29,499 bases of DNA from NCBI RefSeq assembly GCF_006345805.1, contig NW_021832876.1, positions 1 to 29,499 of the forward strand. Direction: 5' to 3'. Origin of the DNA: Octopus sinensis (taxonomy: Eukaryota). Of this stretch, positions 19,287 to 29,499 are shown piece after piece. Made by a program: the position numbers and the translations under genes. Each line of letters starts with the position of its first letter. Within the stretch, counting starts at the first letter, position 1. The notes under the pieces were generated by a model. The model ran no database searches. It worked only from the letters and a program-made list of their open reading frames with translations, and was not told where the DNA came from.

Positions 19287-19399
19287 TGTGTGTGCTATGT
19301 GAGTGCGTGCGTGTGCATGTGTGTGTGCGCGTGTATGTATGTGTGTGTGCGTGTGTGTGTACGTGTGTGCGTGTGTGTGTACGTGTGTGCGGTGTTGCT

Positions 19400-19568
19400 G
19401 CTGTGTTTATGTCCCATAAATGTAGCGGATCGGCAAAAGAGATCGATAGAATAAGTACCAGGCTTTAAGAAAAGATAAGTACTGGTGTCGATTCATTCCA
19501 CTATAAATTATTAACGGCGATGCTCCAGCATAGCCGCAGTCTAATAACTGAAACAAGTAAAAGATAAA
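19400..19568 (+). mobile_element. SINE family 2, 3' part
   Basis: cggatcggcaaaagagatcgatagaataagtacc...gctccagcatagccgcagtc...ctgaaacaagtaaaag. Confidence 0.85.
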
Positions 19569-20010
19569 CACACACACACACACCACACACACACACATAC
19601 ACACACACACATACATACATACATACATACATACAAATATATATATCTACATACGTAAATATATCCGTTGCTATTTTGCAAAAGTGTCGTAAGCCCAAAA
19701 CGTTGCTTTATCAGAAAACGAAAGAATAGGTTCACCATTCCATAGCAAAATCGTTGTACTACACTGACAATTTATGATATCTTGGCATGCGAAGCAGCTG
19801 GTGATGCGATAGTTTCATCAAAAGACCCGGCTATTGCAAGCAAAAAGAAATATTGAAAAGAAAAAAACGCATTTGACCAAATTTGACATACGACAGTTTA
19901 ACATACTGGCAACGATATATATAATATCTATATATATATATATAATAGAATATATATATATATATTATATATTTAATATATATAATCTATATATATATAT
20001 GCTGATGCTG

Positions 20011-20306
20011 AGACCCCCTTTCAGTCATGACTGACCGTGGGATTGCACCTAGAAAGTTACCCTCCCAGTACAAGTCCGGGCAAGGTTGTTTATGGAAGAC
20101 CAGCATACTGGCCACCAGTGTTATCCAATGCCACCATGTTATCTCTCCATGCCACCAGTGTTATCCAAGGGAAAGGCAACGCCGATACAGCTGAGTGAAC
20201 TGGATCAACGTGAAATAAAATGACTTGCTCAGAACACACAACACGCAGCCCCGGTCCGGGATTCGAACTCACAACCTCACGATCGTAAGCTCGACGCTCT
20301 AACCAC
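20011..20306 (-). mobile_element. SINE family 3, tail type c, with an internal short duplication
   Basis: The minus strand has the head gtggttagagcg...gagttcgaatccc, the family-3 core and the tail ...cggtcagtcatgactgaaagggggtctc. gccaccagtgttatccaa occurs twice (~20111 and ~20153). Confidence 0.85.
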
Positions 20307-20335
20307 ATGGTTACATATATCATACATATATATAT

Positions 20336-20369
<34 letters not shown>

Positions 20370-20397
20370 GTATATATATATATATATTATATATATA

Positions 20398-20437
<40 letters not shown>

Positions 20438-20491
20438 CATACTATATATATGTGTGTGGTGTGTGTGCGTGCATGCGTATGTGTTTCAGTA

Positions 20492-20950
20492 CCAGTTCCT
20501 CCTTGGCTTTGAGCACGTTAGGCGACAAGCTGACGCCACTGGTTTCTGTTGAGCGTCGTTTTCTCCGTATCCGGCCATGTGATATTGGTCAATCTCATGT
20601 CGAATAGGAATGCTCTGCATTATGCAATATCTAGTATTCCACTTTTTGTTCTTTTATTTCTATCCGGTGGTGTCCATGTCAAAGCTGTTATAGAATGGGC
20701 TTTTTTTTTTTTGTTTCTGATAGTCGGTGTATTTGATCTGATAGATTTAATCTTTGCTTTCTGATGATTTTGCTAAGTGGTTCGTGCTGACTTTCTTTAC
20801 AATGCTTTCATTCGCTATGTGGCTTAGCGAATGCGCCTTTAAAATCCTTCTCAAGGATCATTGGTGAAACACATCTCGCATTCTGTCGATTCTCACGTTA
20901 CCCATTTGTATCTACTGGTGTATAGAGAAACTGCTAGTTGAACTGCGTCG
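20492..20950 (-). pseudogene. RTE-clade LINE 3' end remnant
   Basis: The minus strand reads DVFHQ*SLRRILKAHSLSHIANESIVKK...RKQRLNL...ALTWTPPDRNKRTK...NITWPDTEKTTLNRNQWRQLVA. Confidence 0.85.
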
Positions 20951-20990
20951 TTATGGACACCGGGTTTTTGTGGAGGACCAGATAGCTCCC

Positions 20991-21059
<69 letters not shown>

Positions 21060-21186
21060 TATATATATATAGGTGGATATGTGGTAAGTAGCTTGCTTAT
21101 GGAACGGGTTTTTGTGGAGGACAGATAGCTCCTATATATATATATATATATATATATAATAGGTGGATATGTGGTAAGTAGCTTGC
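20951..21186 (+). repeat. Short tandem duplication spanning the RTE/microsatellite/SINE junction
   Basis: ttatgga..cgggtttttgtggaggac.agatagctcc-(TA)n-aggtggatatgtggtaagtagcttgc occurs at 20951-21096 and again at 21097-21186. Confidence 0.85.
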
Positions 21187-21540
21187 TTACCAGCCACATG
21201 GTTCCGGGTTCAGTCCCACTGCGTGGCACCTTGGGCAAGTGTCTTCTACTATAGCCTCGGGCCGACCAAAGCCTTGTGAGTGGATTTGGTAGACGGAAAC
21301 TGAAAGAAGCCCATCGTATGTATATATTTATACATGTGTGTGTGTGTGTTTGTGTGTCTGTGTTTGTCCCCCAACATCGCTTTACGTCCCCGTCACATAG
21401 CGGTTCGGCGAAAGAGACCGATAGAATAAGTACTAGGCTTACAAAGAATAAGTCTTGTTGTCGATTTGCATGACTAAAAAGGCGGTGCTCCAGCATGGCC
21501 GCAGTCAAATGACTGATACAAATAAAATAGTAAAAGAGTA
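21162..21540 (+). mobile_element. SINE family 2, near full length
   Basis: gtggtaagtagcttgcttacc...gggttcagtccc...gtagacggaaactgaaagaagccc...ccagcatggccgcagtcaaatgactga...taaaagag. Confidence 0.92.
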
Positions 21541-21890
21541 TGTATATAATATTATATATCTATAGGTATATATATAATATACAAATAATTGTTGTTGACA
21601 ACGATCCGGAGAAATTGTATTCACCTCAATAGACGTCATTGATTGGTTGGAAATTGCCGAAATGCAAGAAATTAAACAATAAACAGCTTACAAAACATAC
21701 AGAATTTCTCAAGAAAGCCAAGAGAAAAAGATGTGTATAAAACAATTCTACCAGTATACGAAGTTTAAAAGTGTTTAGTTACAAAGAAATATTTCAAAAA
21801 TCTGCTGGTCAAAGCGAAAAGATCCGATAAACACTTCCAGTCAGTTAAGATCAGGAACCATGAGAGTCACTGTCTGGCACTGCATCAGAG

Positions 21891-21892
<2 letters not shown>

Positions 21893-21928
<36 letters not shown>

Positions 21929-22047
21929 TATTATATATTATTATTATATTATCATCATCATCATATTGTTATTGTTATTATTATTATTATTATTATTCTT
22001 ATTATATTATTATTATTATTATTATATTATTATTATTATTATTATTA

Positions 22048-22090
<43 letters not shown>
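21893..22090. repeat. (ATT)n microsatellite
   Basis: Directly visible. Confidence 0.95.
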
Positions 22091-22092
<2 letters not shown>

Positions 22093-22539
22093 GGTCGCCC
22101 TACTGTGAAGTCACGGAAATTTGATGCTCCATAATTTGAAAAATTACTTGTAATCTTTTCAGCCTTCTGTTGTTCTTTTCATTTCTGTTGTTATCGTTAC
22201 ATTTCGGAGATTGTCTAGATTGCGCAGATAGTATATTTGTGTAGAAACACCCACCCTGTTTTGCAGAGGGTGTGCATAAATAATTTTTGAATTTTAACTG
22301 CTTTCGACAAAAACAAATATTTTGCAATTTTCTGCAATTTTTTAAAGATGGCTGATAAAAATGTTCGAAAAAGGAACGCGCTCCTTGAAAAATTTTGAGA
22401 ACAAGGAAATAAATAAGAATATCAACATGGAATGGCCTAAACTTAATGACGTCACCGGGGCGAAAACTGTTTCGGCTCTAAGCAACGTCAAAACTTTAGG
22501 TGTCGACAAAGAGAACAACAACAGCAGCAGCAGTAGTGA

Positions 22540-22571
<32 letters not shown>

Positions 22572-22672
22572 TCAACGGCAACAATTATAATAACAGCAAC
22601 AACAATACGAAGGAAATAAAACACAAAGATGCAAATATCGCCCCTGTTTCTTTTGTATCAGCGACGAGAAAT

Positions 22673-23810
22673 ATGGAGTGCTTCTACATAGTTGAAGAAG
22701 AATTAGAATTTGCTAGAAAAATTGTTAAAAGAGATGGGAGAAGGGTTGCTCTAAACCCGCCATCGAACGTCGTAGAAAATATCGCAAAATGCACGGTTAC
22801 ATAATGTTGCATCGGAGTCAAGTCTCGGCGGGTGGCAAATGCTCCCAAGAGCGAAATACAAAAACCTCTTGGGCGCGTGTGGAAACATAAAAACTCACAT
22901 CACCCGAGGAAAGAAGTTTGGAACCATTGAGGTAAGATTTGGGACAGAAGAAGAAGCTAAATGTAATTCCGCAACCTCTTTAAAGAATGACGATTTTTCT
23001 TCTTAATCCCCAACTATCGCGGCCAACGTGTTGCCAAGATTAGGGTGCTGAATGTGACACCTGAAATCAACAAAAACTTTTTCTGAAACCACAATTTCAA
23101 CACAATTCACAACCACTCCAACAAAATCTGTAAGAACAAGATCAACAACTTCAAAAGCAGCAACAACATCAACAACAGCATGAAATTAAAGAAACACAGA
23201 AACAACCGATTATAGAACTTCAAAAGTATTCTTCAGACTGTAGACGAAATGTATCCTTCAATGTCACTGTTGTAAACAAGTGTAACAGGAATTGATGGAT
23301 TTTGTAAATCAAAATAAAAACAGTATAGAGACAGAGAGAAAAGAATTTGAGGATTTTATCCTCAAAACTCCTACGGGCAGACTTTTGATTAAAACGTCGT
23401 CAGATATTTATAAAACTATGATTAAAAAATTCCCCAGGAAGTGTGGGGATTTTAGAAAAAATTATTGACAAAAGACTGCTGGAAGGGCTTTTTAAAAAAA
23501 ATGTTCGCCAGTACAGAAGTCCGGAACTTCCGGGTTTCTCAAAAACCAAGGTGAGTAACCTCCTTATTTTCTTTCTCCGATTAGCACGGCTGTGCTGAGA
23601 ATGGGGTGTGTGAATGTGCGTGGCCTGGGATCGGCTTGGAAGCAAGCTCACTTGCTCAATGAACTCAGGTCACTTGACTTGGACGTGGCTGCCATTAGTG
23701 AAACAAGGATCTCCGTAAAAAAATGCTCTAGCATCCATTTTCGAAGACTACGAGGTATTCTCATCTTGTGGTCTATTGGGAGCGGGTGGATACTCCGGAA
23801 ATCTTAATCA
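22673..23810 (+). pseudogene. Tx1/L1-type LINE 5' half: ORF1 remnants plus the start of the ORF2 APE endonuclease
   Basis: The ORF1-like part reads MECFYIVEEELEFARKIVKRDGRRV...KFGTIEVRFGTEEEA...PNYRGQRVAKIRVLNVTPEIN (RRM-like), then a Q-rich stretch. ORF2 starts LRMGCVNVRGLG...LDLDVAAISETR (the N..NVRGL and ET catalytic motifs of APE), and the sequence breaks off after ~70 codons. Confidence 0.8.
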
Positions 23811-23897
23811 TTCCATTATATGTAAACCCCCCACACACTTTATGTCTGTCTTTGTATTGTCCCCTCATCCTTCGCCCTGGTGGAAAATAAAAGAATC

Positions 23898-24092
<195 letters not shown>

Positions 24093-24477
24093 TTATTACC
24101 CTCGCCTTAGTAATTGTTTTCAATCACGTTTGTTTGTTTGTTTGTGTGTTTGTTTGTTTGTTTGTCTCTGGACAAGATATCTCAAGAACTACCGGATGAA
24201 TTCGGATGAAACTTTCAGGGATGTTTGGCCTCGTGAGTGGCACGAACCTATTAGAATTTGTAAACGATCCAGCACCGGACAAGGATTCTGGATCATTTTT
24301 CCTGTTTTTTTTTTTTTATTAATTTTTGAGAGCGGTCGAGTTCATTTTTAGTATTCCCGTTTGTGAGAGCAGTCGAGTTTATTTCAGATATTCCCATTTT
24401 AAAAGTCATCTCTGGCTAATCGTTGAAAGGACGTTGGTGTTGCCTTGGCGGGTTTGCGCTCTCTGAGTGCTCTTGTT
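24093..24477 (+). mobile_element. Helentron-associated non-autonomous element (HINE/DINE-1-like)
   Basis: Starts ttattaccctcgcc, then (GTTT)n, then the core gatatctcaagaactaccggatgaattcggatgaaactttc. It ends with the subterminal IR ccttggcggg (24443-24452), the hairpin gcgctc-tct-gagtgc (24456-24470) and TT. Confidence 0.65.
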
Positions 24478-24632
24478 GTTATTGAAAACATTTGATGAGG
24501 CTCCATGTGACTTAAGTTTCGCAGGCTTCTTTTTGAAACTTAGCTTGTATATATGCATATTGTTATATATATATATATACGTAGATATACACATGGCACA
24601 CACACGCACACACGTACGCACTGACACACACA

Positions 24633-24677
<45 letters not shown>

Positions 24678-24712
24678 TATTTTAATCACCACCGCGCCTG
24701 GTATGTATGTAT

Positions 24713-25124
24713 ACTCTTTTACTCTTTACTCTTTTACTTGTTTTCAGTCATTTGACTGCGGCCATGCTGGAGCACCGCCTTTAGGTCGAGCAAATCGAAA
24801 CCGGGACTTATTCTTTGTAAGCCAGTACTTATTCATCGGTCTCTTTTGCCGAACCGCTAGATGACGGGGACGTAACAACACCAGCATCGGTTCAAGCAAT
24901 CTAGGGAGACAAACACAGACACAAACACATACACACACATACATCTATATATATATTATATATACTAACGACAGGCTTCTTTCAGTTCCGTCTACCAATC
25001 CACTCACAAAGCATTGTCGGCCGGGCTATATAGCAGAAGACACTTTCCCAAGATGCCACGCAGTGGGACTGAACCCGGAACCATGGGGTGGTTAGCAAGC
25101 TACTTACCACACAGCCACTCCTGC
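24713..25124 (-). mobile_element. SINE family 2, full length, minus strand
   Basis: Reverse complement of the 25634-26034 copy over about 400 bp. Confidence 0.93.
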
Positions 25125-25185
25125 TGTCTATATGTATGTATGATGTATGTATGTATGTATGTATGTATTATTAGATGTATACGTC

Positions 25186-25566
25186 GTAGGAGTGGCTGTG
25201 TAGTAAGAAATTTGCTTCCCAACCACATGGTCCCAGGTTCAGTCCCATTGCGTGGAACCTTGGGTAAGTGTCTTCTTCTATAGATTCGGGCCGATCAAAG
25301 TCTTGTGAGTGAATTTGGCTGACGGAAACTGAAAGAAGCCCATTGTATGTGTATACATCTACACGTACTTTTGTGTTTGTGTTTGTCCGCCACCACCGCT
25401 TGACAACCGGTGTTGGTGTGCTTACGTCACCTTAACTTTGCAGTTCGGCTAAAGAGATCAATAGAATAAGTACCAAGCTTACAAAGGGGAACTGGGTCCG
25501 ATTCATTCGACTATAATTCTCCAAGGCAGTGCCCCAGCATGGTCGCAGTGTAATAAGTAAAGATAA
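25186..25566 (+). mobile_element. SINE family 2, full length, more diverged
   Basis: gtaggagtggctgtgtagtaag...ggttcagtccc...gacggaaactgaaagaagccc...ccagcatggtcgcag. Confidence 0.9.
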
Positions 25567-25586
25567 ATTTAAAAGATATATATATT

Positions 25587-25633
<47 letters not shown>

Positions 25634-25636
<3 letters not shown>

Positions 25637-26034
25637 CGCGGAGTGGCTGTGTGGTAAGTAGCTTGCTTACCAACCACATGGTTCCGGGTCAGTCCCACTG
25701 CGTGGCATCTTGGGCAAAGTGTATTCTGCTATAAGCCTCGGGCCAACCAAGCCTTGTGAGTGGATTTGGTAGACAAAACTGAAAGAAGCCCGTCGTATAT
25801 ATGTATATATATATATGTGTGTGTGTATGTTTGTGTGTCTGTTTTGTCCTCTAGCATTGCTTGACAACCGATGCTGGTGTGTTTACGGTCCCCGTCACTT
25901 CGCGGTTCGGCAAAAGAGACCGATAGAATAAGTACTGGGCTTACAAAGAATAAGTCCTGGGTCGATTTGCCTCGACTAAAGCGGTGCTCCAGCATGGCCG
26001 CTGTCAAATGACTGAAAACAAGTAAAGAGTAAAG
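25634..26034 (+). mobile_element. SINE family 2, full length
   Basis: aggcgcggagtggctgtgtggtaagtagc... through to ...gactgaaaacaagtaaagagtaaaga. Confidence 0.93.
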
Positions 26035-26047
26035 ATTATTTATGTAT

Positions 26048-26082
<35 letters not shown>

Positions 26083-26179
26083 ATTATATATATATATATA
26101 GTATTATAGATATATATGCGCACGCACATGCATACATGCTGCTCGTCCCAAATTATTGTTTTTCCAGGCATTAAAATGT

Positions 26180-26345
26180 GAAACGCTAACCAGCCAGGCA
26201 ACCAGCCAGCAAGCCAACAAGACAACAAGACAACCAGTGAACCAGCCAACAAACAAGCCAACCAGTCAACAACCCAACCAACCAACCAACCAACCAACCA
26301 ACCAGCCACCTAACCAGCCGGCCAGTCACACAGCTAGCCAGTCTG
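26180..26345. repeat. Degenerate (CCAA/CCAG)n tetranucleotide repeat
   Basis: Directly visible. Confidence 0.85.
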
Positions 26346-26471
26346 TCAAGCGTCAAGCACACGAAGACGCCCTCTTGCCGGCCAGTAATAACAAGTCCTT
26401 CGTTGCACTCACCTCCTTTACTCACATACTACATCTCTCTTTCTCTCCTTTTCTGTCTTTCTCTTCTCCCC

Positions 26472-26502
<31 letters not shown>

Positions 26503-26847
26503 ACACATATGCATCATCATCATCATCATCATCATCATTGTTCGACCGTGCATATACACACATACATGCACATACGCACGCGCATCGCTCACACTCACAC
26601 TCATGTGCACATATATGTCACTAGTGCTCACTGCTACTACTACTCCTACATCTTTCCTTTCTTCTAATCTTTCGTCCTCTACTTCTTCTCCTCCTTCTTC
26701 TCCTCCTCCTCCCTCCTCTTTCTCATCCACCCCCTTCTATCCTTCTAAACTTCGATGCTGGAGTATTGCTTCGGTGCAAACGATAGTGTTTCTGTGTACG
26801 TATGTGTGTTTACGGGGGTGAAGGAGTTGATCTATGATCTATTTATC

Positions 26848-26903
<56 letters not shown>

Positions 26904-27013
26904 GTATGTAGTATGTATGTTGTATGTATGTATGTATGTATGTATGTATGTATGTATATGTCTGTATATCTATGCATTCATTTACGAATGTTTCTACGTA
27001 AGTACATGCGATA

Positions 27014-27051
<38 letters not shown>

Positions 27052-27194
27052 TGTGTAAGCACACACACATTCACACACACATACACTCATATATATACGC
27101 ATACCTAATATATTTATATCCACACTCACACAAACACACACACACACCGGCAGCATTGCTTGTCCTTCATCACCTCCCTCTCCAACCGTAAGAC

Positions 27195-27233
27195 CTACCA
27201 CCATCATCAGCAACACCACCCCACCAACACCAA

Positions 27234-27267
<34 letters not shown>

Positions 27268-27559
27268 CTCAGCGGTTGTTCTTTGCTTCCTTCCTTGTGC
27301 TTTTGCCCACCCACTACCATTACCATCTACACCAGCACCAACACCAGCACCACTACCACTATCACCAGTTTCACCCCCTCCCCTCCCCTCTCACCTAGAC
27401 CTCACCGACCCTACCAATACCACCACCATCACCACCACCATCACCACCACCATCACCCCCTTCACTAGCCACCCACACACCCTCTACAACAACCAGCAGC
27501 ATCTGTCCCATCACTACAACCACTAAAACCACCAAACACCCCACACCACCCCCTATCCC

Positions 27560-27591
<32 letters not shown>

Positions 27592-27790
27592 CAACTCCCC
27601 GCCACCACCACCACCACCATCCCCTCATCAACATCACCGCCACTTCCATCTCTACGAAAACCAAAACACAACTACCACAGCTAGTGCCACCGCCACTACC
27701 ACCACCACCGCCGCCACCATGGCTGCCAATCCCTCCACACTACAACGACGACAACCATCACCACCACTATCAGAACCGCCATCACCACCC
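27195..27790. repeat. Low-complexity (CAC/ACC/ACT)n region
   Basis: Directly visible; it is the source of the His/Thr/Pro-rich ORFs. Confidence 0.88.
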
Positions 27791-28040
27791 AAGCATCGTT
27801 GGCCAGATGTTAAATGTTAAGAGAATTCCTGAGAGCTCTATATTTATTGACGAGCCGCCGCATTTCTTCCTTTCCTCTTCTTGTTCTTCTTTCCTTCTCT
27901 TGCAATTCTCTGTAATTCTTCAACTCTGCTGTTACATGCCTCACTCTCTCAGCCTCCCCCTCACTCCTCCATTCTCTCTCTCTCTCTGTATGTATATATG
28001 TCTATCTGTCGAGCTGCATGTATGTATGTATGTATGTATG

Positions 28041-28083
<43 letters not shown>

Positions 28084-28371
28084 ATCTATCTATCTATCTA
28101 TCTATCTATCTAGCCACACATGGATGCTGCCTTATATTTTCTTAGCTTGCATTATATTTCTTCACTGGCACCAGCCTCAAATAACACAACACCTCACCAT
28201 CCACCGCAACCCCAGCCCAGGACCCTTTGTGTGGTCGTTCGCTTCGCTAGAAATTACAGCAAAAAAGCATTAGAATCAAAACCTATAGTTACAATGAGGG
28301 CAAACCAACGAATGAACCTCTCTGCGGTTGATTTGCTTTCTAGATGTAACAGACAATGCCGCTCAAATTAT

Positions 28372-29015
28372 ATCTTAGCCTCTGAAGGAGCCTAAAGTCA
28401 AAGAAGGATTAGTACAGAGACACTCATCTCGCTAGAAATAGCACTCATATTTCCCTCAGATTAAACCCTGCGTCTTAGGATAGAAAGTGAGATATTCGAT
28501 AATGTAATTATGGGTTTCTGCACATCATAGGGAGATGGTCACGGCTGGAATGTTTTAATCGAAGATCAGGACAATCAGAGTTAATCTGCTGCTAAATTAC
28601 ATCAATAGAACACGAGCTAATGAAGAAACATCTATGAGTTTATTCAAAATGCTAAAATTAACAGTCAAATCTCGCTTAAATTATAACTTACCGTCTGAAA
28701 ACGAGGAAGGACACATTGAAAAATGGCAGGCAAAAGAGCAAGAGATCGTTGTTGGAACATCTACTCATAGATCAGCTCGATCAGGGCTGACCTGGGGTTA
28801 AATCACTAATAGTAACAAGTACAAAATACTAGAGAACCAGGTTACAGTTGTTTTTGTTATTTAGCCACAGGTAAGCCTTGGTCGAGCTGATCTATGCGTA
28901 GATCATTTTGTTTTTTCGGTAGTGATTATTTTGTTTTTTGAAATACATAATCCAATAAGAGAGAGAATTCGGCTGTTATTTCTAGCCAATCGAGTAACAA
29001 CATAGGGACTCTCTC
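28372..29015. mobile_element. Cluster of unclassified repeat family X (two minus pieces, one plus piece)
   Basis: 28758-28802 and 28860-28903 are inverted copies (about 38 of 45 matches). The motif gctatttctagc/gttatttctagc recurs at ~28430 (minus), ~28640 (minus), ~28975 (plus) and ~14990 (plus). Confidence 0.55.
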
Positions 29016-29256
29016 AGTACACTATATAAAAGTACCTCGTCTTACGTCTGTACTAAAGTCTCTTTCCAGCAACGATGTCTACTTTCACTTTCAATCTTGC
29101 TTCTTTCCTACCACTTCAGTAGTCGAACAAGTCTCTACATTCGTACTTTGGGTCGATCCAATGCTTATACACATCTTCCTTCCAGATTTCAGCGTCAACC
29201 TCATTGGACGCGACGTTGTCTTCCAGCCTTGAGATGCAGCTTTGAAATAAATACCT

Positions 29257-29488
29257 ATTTCTTTATTACCCACAAGGGGTTAAACACAGAGAAGACAAAC
29301 AAGGACAGACATAGATATTAAGTCGATTACATCGACCCCAGTGCGTTACTGGTACTTATTTAATCGACCCCGAAAGGATGAAAGGCAAAGTCGACCTCGG
29401 CGGAATTTGAACTCAGAACGTAACGGCAGCCGAAATACCGCTAAGCATTTCGCCCGGCGTGCTAACGTTTCTGCCAGCTCGCCGCCTT
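29257..29488 (-). mobile_element. SINE family 1, full length, minus strand
   Basis: Reverse complement of 429-656 / 2465-2694. Confidence 0.93.
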
Positions 29489-29499
29489 ACCATACACAA

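Noticed and set aside
19660-19900. Strong minus-strand polypyrimidine tract and AG suggesting an exon
   Set aside because: All three frames hit stops before any plausible donor. At most it is a non-coding exon, and there is no evidence for that.
21590-22520. Two AT-rich blocks (21590-21800, 22090-22520) that may be further HINE-like or DNA-transposon remnants
   Set aside because: Only a 6-bp inverted match (tcgccc/gggcga) and vague core similarity; termini could not be defined.
22361-22804. 147-aa ORF that looks gene-like
   Set aside because: It is a chimera of an AT-rich repeat, a CAG/CAA microsatellite and the first codons of the decayed LINE ORF1.
27588-28145. 185-aa Pro/His-rich ORF (and 26156-26821)
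   Set aside because: These are low-complexity and microsatellite read-throughs with no splice or homology support.
29070-29232. Acceptor plus a frame containing WVDPML and IFLPDF, superficially like Cys-loop receptor WxDxxL / IWxPD motifs
   Set aside because: The motif spacing is 3 residues instead of about 20, and the frame stops. The minus strand looks vaguely like another RTE 3' remnant, but too weakly to call.

Overview
This is an AT-rich, microsatellite-dense eukaryotic window. The tRNA-headed SINE families point to an octopod cephalopod (Octopus); that is recognition from memory, not a database hit. No intact protein-coding gene is visible, and almost every ORF in the supplied track is a microsatellite artefact or a piece of a decayed transposon. 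What I can support is a graveyard of mobile elements. It holds about 14 SINE copies in three families, a Penelope-like element (GIY-YIG endonuclease remnant between two direct pLTRs), and other Penelope-like terminal repeats in inverted pairs. LINE remnants comprise three RTE pieces, a Tx1/L1-type 5' half, an R4/Dong-type RLE end and a probable CR1/L2-type endonuclease. DNA-transposon remnants comprise two Tc1/mariner transposase relics plus a Tc1 deletion derivative, a SPIN/Charlie-type hAT, hAT and PIF/Harbinger MITEs, and a Helentron-associated (HINE/DINE-like) element. The best leads are: (1) minimal type-I hammerhead ribozyme motifs in up to four Penelope-like repeat families, one with a shared non-canonical core (CUGUNGA, A6 to U); (2) a candidate signal-peptide exon at 13405-13479 with a strong donor, possibly spliceable into an open antisense RTE frame; (3) a hAT transposase segment captured in fold-back orientation inside a MITE, starting where a neighbouring hAT relic breaks off; (4) several long hairpins and inverted pairs that would form dsRNA if transcribed. 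I found no evidence for a complete novel multi-gene system.
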